Below are positions 51,670 to 64,000 of a stretch of 64,000 bases of DNA, piece after piece. Source of the DNA: Azolla caroliniana (lineage: Eukaryota > Plantae > Polypodiophyta); the NCBI GenBank assembly GCA_043228905.1, contig JBHGNT010000016.1:682001-746000 (forward strand). The letters run 5' to 3'. Made by a program: the position numbers and the translations under genes. The notes beneath the pieces were generated by a model. It saw nothing but the letters and a program-made list of their open reading frames with translations, did not search any database and had not been told where the DNA came from. Each line of letters opens with the position of its first letter. Within the stretch, counting starts at the first letter, position 1.

Positions 51670-54600
51670 TGATCTTTTGGACTTCAAGCTTCTTCTCAGT
51701 TACAAGCTCCTAGATATGATGATATCGCACATCAATGTGTTTTGTCTTCGTGTGGTAGACTTGGCTCCGAATGAGGTGTATTGCGTTGTAAGTCGCAATA
51801 GATCGTTGGCGTTGGGTGGTTGATTTGACTTGTCGTTGAGAAATCGGTTGACAGTCGATGCAACCATATTGCTTCCTTATCTGTTTTTAATGTTGTTATG
51901 TACTCGGCCTCTGTGGTAGACAAGGTTGTGCACTCTTGCAACTTCGACCTCCATGATATGGTGCCGCCACTATAGGTGAAAACATAGCCTAATGTCGACT
52001 TCTGATTGTCCGAATTCCCGACATAGTTGGAGTTAGTGTAGCCTTTGACTTTGATCGAGCTTGTTGATCCAAAGGTCAGTAGTGCATCCTCGGTTCCTCT
52101 TAGGTACCTGAAGATGTGCTTGATGGACTCCCAATGCTTCCGTCCTGTGTTTAACATGTATCGGCTAACGACCCCTTCGGCATAGGCAATGTTGGGTCGA
52201 GTCGCCACCATCGCATACATGATGCTTCCTACTGTCGATGCGTAGGGTATCTTTCCATTAAGCTCTTTCTCCTTGTCCGTTGAAGGAGAGTCTTTGTCCG
52301 ATAGTTGGATCGACGTCGGTAGAGGTGTTGGTGTTGGCTTCACATTCTCCATGTTGAAGCACTTCAACACTTTGCGAATATAGCCGGACTGGGAGAGTCA
52401 GAGAGTCATTGTTGTCCGATGTCGCTCTATCCTCATGCCCAATATGTGTTAGGCTTGTCCGAGTTCCTTCATCACGAACTTTTCGTGAAGGCTCCGCTTT
52501 AGCTTTCTGATCTCTACTTGATTGTTCCTTGAAATGAGCATGTCATTGACATATAGGATTAGATAGATCCTGGACTCGGCGGCCAGTTGCCGAACATACA
52601 TACATGGGTCGGAGTCGGATCGGTGGTATCCAAGCTACTTGATGTAGGAGTCAAACTTCTAGTACCACATCCTTGGCCCTTGTTTTAGGCCATCGAGGCT
52701 TTTCTTCAGTCAACATACAACCTGAATTTCCTCCCCCATCGCCAAGAAGCATGCATGTTGGGACATGTAAATGTCCTCTTCCAGATCTTTGTGTAGGAAC
52801 GTCGTCTTTACGTCCAACTGCTCGAGCTCGAGGTCTTCTGTCGTCACAACCCCAAGTAGGAGCCGAAGGGTGATCATCTTGACTATGGGAGAAAATATCT
52901 CATCATAGTCGACTCCATGTTCTTGTTTGAATCCCTTTGCGACGAGTTGAGCTTTGTACTTGGGTTTCTTAGAATCAGATACATATTTCTATCAGAATAC
53001 CCATTTGCAAGGTAGCGGCTTTCTTCTAGCTGGTAGTTCAACCAACTCCCATGTTTGATTCTATCAAATTGAGTTAATCTCAGTTTGCATGGCTTGTAGC
53101 CATGTATTGGCATCCGGTGCGGCTATAGCTTCTTCGTAAGTACTTGGTTCACCTGCGTCTGTGTAGTTGACGTAGTCGAGGCCTGGTTGATAAAATCCTG
53201 TAGGCCTTCTGACTCATCCAAATCTTCCGAGTGCCGATTTTGTTGGTTCCAAGTCTTCCGTCGGCTCGATCGACTGATTGGTATTACTTGAACCGTCTTC
53301 AGGAGTCCTATTAGTTGACTCACCCCTATAGTAGGATTTCGGTGATGTCATGGCATCCTCCTCTTTTTTGGGATCAGTTGCCTTGGAGGTAGAAGACTTA
53401 GCTGACTCGGGTCTGTTTTTCCCTTTGGCCTTGGGTGTGTCGGGCGAATCGGCTTTGTCGTTTTTGGTGCGCACCTTGTTGACTTTGCCTTTTTTTACTC
53501 TTGTTGATTCGGCTTTGTCTTTGATGGCTTTGTCTTCAAGTTCGACCAGTGGACCTCCTACCGATTTAGAGTTGGCGGGTGTGTTGTCGGCTTAGTCGAG
53601 TTCAACTGTTTGTTGAATCTCTAATTCGGCACGGTGGGTCGGTCTTTCTACAATGTCACTATCGACTTCGAAGGAGACCTTCTTACCAACTATTTTCTAT
53701 TTGTTCCTACCAGAGAGAATAGAGCCTTCGTTGAAGACTACGTCACTACTCCGGATCAATTTCTAGTTCTATGGGTTCCATAGCTTGTAGCCGAACTCCC
53801 CATCGGTTCCATAACCGAGAACTCCGGATGAATGCGTAGGCTTCACAACCAAATATACAAAGCCTATCGTAGGTCGGTTGTTTGCATGACCATAGTGCCT
53901 GTGGCACTTCGAGCCTGATTGCTTTCGACGGCAACAGGTTGATCAAATATACCACCGTCTGCAATGCTTCGGCCCAGAACTCCAACTTCAGTCCAACTTG
54001 TTGGAGCATTGTCGTCACTCTCTCCCGAATCGTTCGGTTTATCTGTTCTGCCACTCCATTCTGCATGGGTGTGTATGGAACGGTCTTTTGATGTCGGATC
54101 CCTTTGTTGGACATGTATTGTTTGAATGATCGGGAGGTGTATTCTCCTCCATTATCGGATTCGAGTGTCTTCACTCTATACCCTAACTATTCCTCCACTT
54201 TAGTTATCTAACGAGTGAAGACCTCGAGCGCTTTGTCTTTCGACCTGATTGAGTAGGCCCAGACTTTCGATGTATAATCATCTACAGAAGGTGATGACGT
54301 ACCAAGAGCCTCCTAGTGATCCCTCAAGCATAGGCCCACATATATCTATGTGCATGAGCTCTAGGGGTTGTCGTATCGTCTCGTAATGGAAGAGAGTGCA
54401 GATTTCGGGTCTGTTTCCCAGATCGACAATGCTCGCAGAAGCCCGTCTTTGCTTGGAGTTTTGGAATGTAGCCAACTGCCATTAGTTGATCAAGTCCGGC
54501 TTGACACATATGGCCGAGTCGACCATGCCATAAGTTCGGGTAGGTCTTTTCAGCTACATTCACAACCCGATCTGGATTGATCGCCATCATTGGGTACAAG

Positions 54601-56222
54601 TTGTTGTGTTTGAGCCCGCTTCCAATTTTCATGTTTCCACAATTGATCATCCATGTCGACTCACTCGTAGTTGTTTTGTACCCGTCTTCGGCTAACATGT
54701 TGATGGAGACTAGACTCCTTTTTAGTGCGGGTACATGTCGAACTTGGTGGAGGACAATTGTGTTGCCATTTGAAAATTGAATTGGTACTTTGCCTACTAC
54801 GACGATTTTGCATTCCTGCTCGTTGCCTAGTTGGACCGTGCCACTGGCGTTGGCTGAATAGTTTGAAAACCATTCGATGTTTGGGGTTACGTGAAATGTG
54901 GCGCTAGAGTCCAACAACCATGTATGTGCATCTTGTGCGTTGTAGAGCACTTCTCCGATCATCGAGTCTTCTAAGGAGAGGATTTCTCCCGATTGGGTGT
55001 CGACAACATTGACTTGGTTGAGTGGTTCGAGTCGGATCGTCCTCGATTTCGCTCGGAGCGCTGACCACTCTCTTTTCTCTCGATCGATTAGCAGTCGGAA
55101 ACATTGTGACCAGATTTTCTGCAATGGGTGCAGAATTTGCCTGATCAACAAGACTTCGATCGTTGTTGGTCTCCCCTCGTTTTCAATCGATTGGTATTCT
55201 GACCAGTTCTCTCGGCTTGTTCTTTCGATCAACTTGTTCGAGTGGTGGGGTTCTGCCGATCCGTCGATGGTGAGTCCCATTGATTTTCTCCGAATGTCCT
55301 CGATGAGGACTTGGCCGATCGTCTCATCTAGAATTAGGATCGGATGGCTATTGGCAAATGTCATGCCGAATACCTCCCAATTCGCCGACAAGCTCGATAG
55401 GAGGGCAAGGGCTTTCACTTCTTCCTCAAAGTTGATCCCTTCGGAAGAGAGTTCAAACAACACCCGACTAGAGGTGTTGATGTGGGAGGTTGCAATATCC
55501 GACTCTCTCATCTTCATATTGAATAGTTGTTGAATCAATATGAGTTTCAACAAGTTGGACTTATTTTCGTATACTACTTGTAACTTCTCCCATAACGAGA
55601 AAGTTGTTGTATCCTTGGCCATGCTTAAGTAGATGTTTTTGGCCAGATATATTTGAATGGTGGAGCGCACGATTTCGTCTATTGATCTCCACTCTTTGGT
55701 TGTCATCGAAGCAGAATTTTCATTGTGCCGAATAGCTTTGACCTATCTTCTGATGATCAAGACATCCTGCATCATCTCCTTCCATAGGGCAAAGTTTTTG
55801 TCGTCGAACTTTCGGATCACAACTCCTGTACTAGATGTTGAAGCCATGTTCTTTTTGGAAGTGGGATTCACTAACCTAGTCTTTTCTCTTTCAACTTTTG
55901 TATGAGGACTTGATACCAGTTGTTTGAGATATGATGTTCAAGTATGTGCGGAAGTATGTATGAGGACTTGTCGGTTATGCATAGCAGACAACACAGATGG
56001 TATGATGGAGGAAACGGTAGATAGAAAAAGCTCAAAGCTTTAATGGAAACTCTCTTTATTTATGTTTTCTCTCTCTCTCTCTCAGAGACTCATAATGCAA
56101 GAATGATCAAGAAGATCTAAGTTATAACGTTAGGTTATTGCTTATATACTAAACCCTAACTATTGGACGTGTTCACACTAGTAAGGATACAAAGTGGAAG
56201 GAGTCGGCCTTTTATGCCAACA
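51670..56222 (-). mobile_element. Nested Tnt1/Tork-like copia element, 3' LTR deleted
   Basis: 5' LTR at 55921-56222 (tgtttg...ccaaca), iMet-type PBS (tgatacca at 55911-18), gag-PR ORF 54324-55706 (WLLDSSAT, LWHGRLGH), integrase SDNGGEY...PMQNGVAE, RT/RH IPYASTVGSIMYAM...LSTTEAEY. Confidence 0.85.
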
Positions 56223-56862
56223 TTAACTCCGTTCGTCCAGGTAATAGCGGCATCAAGGCTTTCGAACTCACTATCGAATGAGTGAGTTGATGCGTTGTCG
56301 TCCAGATCTTCGTACTTCGGCATTTTCGTCGTCCCTTTATCCATCTTCGGACTTGGCTGAGATGTGATTTGATCACTCAAAGGCTCTTGAGGTTCACTCA
56401 ATCTGGTCATAATTCGACTTTCTTCGAACATATGTTTGAGTCGATAATCGTCTTCTATCTCTTGGTCGGCCGAGTTCGGGTCGATTGGGGTTGGAGTCGG
56501 AGTCATCTCTGGTTTGTAGTAGGATGTTGATTCCTCGAAGACGATGTCACGACTCACTCAAAATTTTTGGGTATATGGGTTATAACACTCAATGTACAAC
56601 TTTTGTTCGAGTGAGTACCCTACGAGGATACATTTCTCCGACTTGGGATAGAGCTTTTGTCACTTCTCATCAGGAATATATACAGAAGCAATTGAACCAA
56701 TATATCATGTCGTGGGATAAGTTTGGCTTCTTCCTGAAAAACTTCTCGTGGGGTGTTACGTCCTGTACCCCAAATGTTGTGCACTTATTCATGAGGTAGA
56801 CGATTGTGTTTACCGCTTCTACCCAATACGTCTTTGGCAGGTTCTTTTCGTTCATCATCGCT

Positions 56863-59800
56863 TGTTAGGAAAGGGAGTCAGTGGTGATTGCAATGCAACG
56901 GAAGGTGAACATAGGTGTGTGTATGTGTAACAAGAGAGAGAGAGAGAGAGAGATAGAGAGCTCGAGAGACAGAGATAGACAAAGCGTATATTATATTAAC
57001 AAAACAAAATACATCCAACATTAACTAAGTTACAATGAGTTGGTTTATATACCAACTAAGCTAGGGCAAGCACCCTTTCTACTACATATTTACAAAGCTA
57101 GCCTGGAATGTCCATGAGCTAGTGTCAACCTATCTATGGGAAGTTGAGTTTGATTCTCAACACGCCTCTTAGAACACAACTTCCATATGTCGAAAAGTCA
57201 TTTGGTTCGTACTTCGACTTGTCTAGTCGGTTGTGTTGCGTATTGCGTAGCCAATCCGTGTTGCGTCCGCGTACTCCCCCTCAAACTCGGCAATGTGGAT
57301 GACGTGAGACCAAGATCTAATGCAAATTGCCAGAGCTTGTCGATGCCTAAGGCCATTGTAAAGATATCAGCAACTTGTAGGTACGTGCTGATGTGTTGGA
57401 GGTCAAATTCTCCGGCCTGAACGCACTCACAGATGAAGTGGTAGTGCACTTCGATGTGTTTAGTCTGTGTGTGAAATACGGGGTTACGCACCAAGTAGAT
57501 ACTGCACATGTTGTCGTAGTACAAGCGTATTGGATCTTTGATGGGAACGCCCAGATCCTTCAGTACGCGCTTAAGCCATACGGCTTCACATGTAGCGACT
57601 GTTGCGCCCCTGTATTCGGCTTCTGTGCTCGACAATGCGACCGTCAACTATTTCTTGTTGCTCCAGGAGATCTCTCCACTCGGCATGCCGAGGGAGAAGA
57701 AGAATCCGGATGTGGATCGTCTATCTGCTTTGTATCCTGCCCAGTCCACGTTTGTGTACCCTTCAAGTCGAATGGTCGTATTCGACTTATACAAGATGCC
57801 ATAATCCAATGTTGTGCTGACATACCGTAGTATCCTCTTAGCACAATCGAGGTGAAGGTTACGCGGATTCTACATGAATTGGCTAAGTAGACCAACCGAA
57901 TAACTTAGGTCGGGTCATGTAATGGTGAGATAGATTAGACTGCCGATCAGTTGACGATACTAAGTTGACTCACTCGCGGTCGTGCCAGAGCTGGCATCGA
58001 TTTTGAGATTACGTTCAAGAGGGGTAGTCACAGGTTTGCACTCTGTCATTCTGAACTTGTAGAGTAGGTTGAGAATGTAGTGTCGTTGTGAGATCATGAT
58101 CCCAACTGGTGTCCGAATTACTTCAATACCTAGAAAGTAATGAAGTTCGTGCAGATTCTTCATTTCGAATCTATCGGAAAGGAGTGATTTAACTTCGTTA
58201 ATCTCAACGAGATTCTTTCCTCCGATAACTAAGTCATCCACGTATAGAATGATGACTATCGGGCTATCCGACTCATTTCGGATGTACAGAGATGTATCGG
58301 ATTTTGACATCCGAAATCCAACTTGGTGAAGATATTGCGTGATCTTCGAGTGCCAAGCACGCGGTGCTTGTTTGAGGCCGTAGAGTGGCTTCTTGAGTCG
58401 GCATACGGCGGGCGGATGGTTACACGCTTCGAATCCGGGTGGTTGGGACATATACACCTCTTCTTCTAGCTCTCCTTGGAGGAAAGCGTTTTTCACGTCC
58501 ATCTGATGGAGGTGCCACCCTTTTGCTATTGCTAGTGCGATTACGGTCCGTATTGTCGTCATCTTTGCCACCGGGGCAAAGGTTTCTTCGTAGTCTACGT
58601 CGTGTGTCTGTGCGTAGCCTTTGGCAACGAGTTGTGCTTTGAAGCGGTTTACGGAACCATCAGCATTGTGCTTCACCTTGTAAATCCACCTGCAACCAAT
58701 TGCTTTCTTGTTCGGGGGGAGAGGAACGAGATCCCATGTCTCGTTTTTGCATAACGCTTCATCTCCACATTCATTGCGTTGACCCATTGTGGATCCTTTG
58801 CTGCTTCAGAAAGCGTTTCCGGTTCCTGTACTGATGCTACCTTCATCATGAATGCGTAATGATACGCCATGTACTCGTCATAGCTGTAGCGGTTTACGGG
58901 GTTCTTCTCGCGCGTGGATCGGCGTGGCTTGTCATTTGCGGATTCTTGGGGTTTCTTCATGTTGTCCGTGTGGATATCATGGCCATCAAGCTCACTATCG
59001 AGATCGAAATGATCTTCATACTCTTGCATTTTTGCCTTGCCTTTGTCCAGCTTCAGACTCAGCCGAAGTGCACTTTCATCACTCGATGGCTCTGATGGCC
59101 CACTCAACCGTGTTGTAATTGGGTTGTCTTCTAACATCTGTGTGAGTCGATCCTCAGCTTCTATTTCTATTTCAGTGTCATCCGCGTCGAGCGGGATTGG
59201 AGTCGAAGTGTTCTTTAGTGCGTACCAAGATGCGTATTCATCGAAGACTTGTTCGAACCTTATGGGTAGATGGATTGTAGCATTTGTACCCCTTCTGTTC
59301 GAGTGAGTATCCTACGAGGATACATTTCTCCTACTTTGGGTCAAGCTTTTGCCGCGTATCATCGGGAATATGTACGTAGGCGATGGAACCGAAAATGCAG
59401 ACATGTGACAAGTCCGGCTTCTTTTCGAAGAACTTCTCATGCAGAGTTATATGGTGTACTCCCGAGGTTGTGCACCTGTTCATGAGATATACGGTCGCAT
59501 TTACCCAGTACGATTTCTGCAGGTTCTTCTCATTCATCATGGCTCGTGCAACTTCTACTATGTGGCGGTTTTTACGCACAACTACGTCGTTTTGCTGAGG
59601 TGTATGTCGACACGAGAACTCTCGTCAGATTCCTTCCTTGAGGAGATACGCTGAGAACTCATCCAAAAAATATTTTTTGCCTCCATCTGATCAAAGGCAG
59701 CGTACATGCCGGCTCGTGGCTTTTTCCACTTCGGCTTTGAACTTTTGGAAGTGGTAGAACACTTCACTCTTTTCATCGGATAAATCCAGGTATTTCTGGA

Positions 59801-61557
59801 GAAGTCGTCAATCAACGTGACATAGTAATGGCATCCGCCGAAAGTAGCTGTTTGGGTTGGTCCCCACACATCTGAATGTATGACATCCAAGATCCCTTTG
59901 CTTACATTCCGCTCATTTGGGAATGGATGGCGGCGTTGTTCTACAATCTGGCCGACTGAGACCGGATTTTTCGTTGTGGTGGGAACATGTAGTACGTTCT
60001 TGAGGTAGGTCTGTTTGCCTTCGTTTCCGAATGGGACATTCCCAATATGTTGTATTGGATGAGTCGTATCATCACATGTTTCAACATATTCGTGACGTTC
60101 GGGCTTCCATAATTCCCAAAACCAATCTTCATGGGAAGTCATGTGATTGGAAGCTCCCGAATCGACAAACCATACACTGTTAGGAGTGGAGGCGCGGGTT
60201 GTCGCAAATGCAGACATCGAGTGTGCTTCGTGCTTCATTATGAACATTTCGCCACGGTCGCCGTAGTCGGAATTTGTGGCGTAGTTCGTGAGTTGTCAGT
60301 CTGCCTCACGTTTCTTCTTCTGACACTCTTCTTCATAGTGGCTGGGTTTTCTGCAGTACCCACACTCCACTGGGTTTCAACGATTACTCGGCCTGGCGTT
60401 ATGACTCCCCCTTCCGCCAAGCTCTCTGGGCCCATTCCTATCCACTTGCCACTAGTGGGAGTTACGCCCTTGATTCCGCCGATCATTATGGCCCTGTCTG
60501 AAACGACCTTTGTTTCCACAGTCGAAATCTCTTCTATTATCCGACTGGGAGTAGAGCAAATGACCATCTAATGCGTTGTTCCTCTGTCGGGCATGATTCT
60601 CTTCGACCAACAATATCAATTGAAGGTTGAAGGAGGGAGGGTTCTCCCTTGCGAGAATAGCCGATCTAATTGCGTCGAAACGCGGTGCTAAGCCTCTGAG
60701 GCATATCTACACCAGTTCGTCATCGTCAACGACGACGTTGATCGATCTGAGGGCGTCACATAGCTCCTTGATCTTCAAGGTATAGTTGTCGATTGACATG
60801 TCCCTTTGTTGAAGATTGTTCAGCTCCTGTCGAAGTTGGAGCTTTCGTGCGGCCGTATTGGCTGCGAAGATCTTCTTGAGGTTTTCCCACGCCTGCTTCG
60901 ACGTTTTAGCCTCTCGAATGTAGCCAAGCATATGATCATGAACGCATGATGCAAGGCAATACAACACACGGCTTGCGACCTGCTCCCAAGCGGGATAGTC
61001 AGCGTGTGTTGGGTTGGGGTGTGATTCGTGAGCTCCTTCGATGTAGCTCGAGTAGCCTTGTCCGACAAGATATTGATGCATCTTGTATTCCCAAGATGCA
61101 AAGTTCGTTCTATCGAGCTTCTCGGTAGGAAGAGCGCTTCCCATTTGATTATTCATGGTGATTTCTTCTCTGTCGATGAGCCGGTTCTGTTGATCGTCGG
61201 CATGCAGCACAACACATTTGAAAATGCTTGATCAGGCAACCACATGCTCTGATACCATGTTAGGAAATGGAGTCTGTGGTGATTGCAATGCAGTGGAAGG
61301 TGAACGTAGGTGTGTGTATGTGTAACAATAGAGAGAGAGAGAGATATATATATATAGAGCTCAAGAGACAGAGATAGACAAAGCGTATATTATATTAATG
61401 AAACAAAATACATCCAACATTAACTAAGTTACAATGAGTTGGTTTATATACCAACTAAGCTAGGGCAAGCGCCCTTTCTACTATTTACAAAGCTAGCCTG
61501 GAATGTCCATGAGCTAGTGTCAACCTATCTATGGGAAGTTGAGTTTGATTCTCAACA
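56863..61557 (-). mobile_element. Full-length but degenerate Ty1/copia element with both LTRs
   Basis: 300-bp LTRs at 56863-57162 and 61258-61557 (TG...CA); TSD TCGCT on both sides; PBS TGGTATCAGAGC (61246-61257); gag, CCHC, PR (WFVDSGAS), INT, RT (LYVDDL) and RH in copia order, with frameshifts. Confidence 0.95.
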
Positions 61558-62904
61558 TCGCTCTTGTCAGCTCGAGTATGTGCCGATTCTTTCATTTAGT
61601 GACTCCATTTTGTTGAGGTGTGTGTTGGTAGGTAAATTCCCATCGAATTCCTTCCTTTTAGGAGATATGTTGTAAATTCATCCGATAAATACTCTTTTAC
61701 TCAATCCAACAAAAGGCATCGGACATGCCGACCTGTTACTTTTTTTATTTCATTTTTAAATTTCTGGAAGTGTGACAACATTTCGCTCTTTAGCCGCATA
61801 GGATAAATCCTGGTGTGCCTGGAGAAGTCATTGATGAATGTGACGTAGTATCGACATCTACCGAAGGTTGCCATTTGGGATGGTCCCCATACATCTGAAT
61901 GCATTACATCCAAGATCCCTTTGCTCTCATTCCTCTCTTTCGGGAACGGTTGACGATGTTGTTTGCCGAATTGGCAGGCTTCTCATACACTTCTAATCTA
62001 AAGAAGAGGTGTTGGTCAGACCATGTGCTGACATCGAGTGTGCTTTATGCCTCATTACAAACATTTTGCCATGGTTGTCATAGTCGGAATTCGAGGCATA
62101 GTTAGTGAGTTGTTAGTTGGTCAAAGTCGACTCTCGTTCCTTCTTTCGACACTCCTCTTTGTAGTGGTCGAATTTTCCACAATACCCGCATTTGATCAGG
62201 TTGTTTTGGTGACTTGTTCAGGTAGGATGGCTCCCCATTATGCCAAACTCCCTTGGTGTATTCCTGGCTTCTTGCCAATGGTGGGGGTTGTGTTCTCGGG
62301 TCGGCTGATCATGTCAACCTCGTCTGAATTGACCTCTATTTCCTCGATCGAATCCTCTTCCCTCGTCCGATTGGGAGTAGAGCATATAACCATCTGGTGT
62401 ATTGCACCTTGATCGAACATGGGTTTCTTCAAGTAGTAATATTGATTGCAGGTCGAAAAATGAGGGGGATTCTCCCTTGCAAGGATGGTCAATCTGATCG
62501 TGTCGAATCATGGTGCTAAGACGTTGAGGCATATTTGCACCATTTCATCATCGTTGATGATGACATTGATCGATTCAAGGGCGTCTCACAACTCCTTCAT
62601 CATCAAGGTATAACTGGTGATTGACATATCCCTTTGCTGAATATTGTTCAACTCTTGACAGAGTTGAAGCTTGCGTGTGGCCGTGTTGGCAGCGAAAATA
62701 TTCTTGAGGTTGCCCAATGCTTCTTTATGCATTTATGCCTCTTGAATGCACCCTAGCATGTGATCATGGACACATGATGCTAGGTAGTACAACACGCGAT
62801 TGTCACTTGCTCCCAAGCTAGTAGTCAACATGTGCCGGGTCGGGTTGATTTTCTTGAGATCCTTCAACGTAACACCAATAGCCTTGGCCGATGAGATATT
62901 GTTG

Positions 62905-63773
62905 CAAGAATTGGATGATGATTTCCTAAAACAATATTGGAAACAATTATGGGCCACTAAGATTGTTGAAAAAATAAAAGCTTTCTTATAATTATGTAGA
63001 CACAAATCTCTTTCGATATGCGCTTGGCTACGGGGATTTGATGGGCAATGAAGTTGTGCTCGTCAACACTAGAATCTCTAGAGCATTGCTTATGGGAATG
63101 CTCTCATGCACAAGAAGTTTGGTCGAATGTGATGAGAATACTAAGGAAGAGTAGGTTGGAAGGCTCCATATATTTGGGATTTGCATTATGGTGGAGATTG
63201 GAGAAGAATGCTTGGATATCACGGAACTTAGGTAGGCTGAAGGAGTTTTGTGTGCAAAGAAGTAAATGCATTGTACAACAAGCCAGGGATTTGCAAATTT
63301 GGTGTTTGAATAGGCTAAATCTGGCCCACTATAGCTTCTATCACGCAATGGAATGTTTGGAAATCTAAATGTAAAGTAGGTCTCGTGGAAGAAGAAAGTC
63401 GACCAAAGGAGACCATCACTGCCCTATGGTATGATCTGATTACGAATATACAAGCTCGATATGAAGAATTGGAAGGAACTTCTGACATGGTGGAAGTTGC
63501 GAGACTTTTTGTTTCGACAATCATGGTCAGATTCACACTTGGTGGATTATGTAGATGACGTGTCGAAGTGGTGTTACACCACCCAAAATGGTTATTTCCA
63601 CCTTGGCAACCCAACCAGGAAGGTACATGGTATTTTTCTGAAATTTTACATATTGCAGGATGATAAATGCATACTAGGGTAATGTGGTTGCATGTGTATG
63701 ATTCAGTTGTACGTATCAGGGTGTAAAGGCACTCTACCTAACTAATGGGAAGTATCTTTTTATATAAAAAAAA
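62905..63773 (+). mobile_element. 5'-truncated L1-like LINE fragment (zf-RVT C-terminus)
   Basis: YWKQLWATKIVEKIKAFL and ESLEHCLWECSHAQEVW; ends near an A-run at ~63767. Confidence 0.75.
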
Positions 63774-64000
63774 CTTTAAGTTAATATAGTTACTTAAGGA
63801 ATTCCCCACTTGTACTAATAGGTGAGGTCATGATAGAACCACAAATGTGTTCATTTTATTGTAATTAATCAATGATTGCCGAGTGAATTCTGTTAGGAGG
63901 TTCTATCCTACTCCATGTAGAAGACCACATGCGTGGTTCAACCCATTGTTGTTATTCACGCCTCACAATTATTCGAAAGAAGCTCTCATTGTGTAAATGG

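Larger units (their letters stand above)
50286..62905 (-). mobile_element. Outer degenerate Ty1/copia element (host of two nested insertions); 3' LTR at 50286-50546
   Basis: LTR similar to the 56863/61258 LTRs; RNase H SSSEAEYR...CDNMSSIHLA...KHIE; integrase pieces either side of the inner element join as RHILELTRA|MMNEKNLPK; gag fragments extend to ~62905; 5' LTR absent. Confidence 0.8.

Overview
AT-rich eukaryotic (land-plant) nuclear DNA. The TE families and intron sizes suggest a fern or other non-seed plant, but that is inference. Three spliced protein genes: (1) the 5' part of TONSOKU/BRU1 (minus strand, running off the left edge), with a canonical E2F site upstream; (2) a divergently oriented, conserved, uncharacterised 4-exon gene (8411-12021, +); (3) a ~40-exon, ~3190-aa BEACH-domain protein B gene (49071-22901, -) with a probable U12 minor-spliceosome intron. 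The rest is transposon-derived. It includes an L1-like insertion with a 17-bp TSD and a long tandem-repeat tail, RTE-like LINE remnants, a recurring ~110-bp hairpin repeat resembling an RTE 3' end, an hAT MITE with an 8-bp TSD, a solo LTR inside a copia integrase, Athila-like remnants, and a nest of three Ty1/copia elements at 50.3-62.9 kb. No rRNA, tRNA or CRISPR was seen. Exon models were read by eye from GT-AG sites and remembered homologue sequences; no searches were run.
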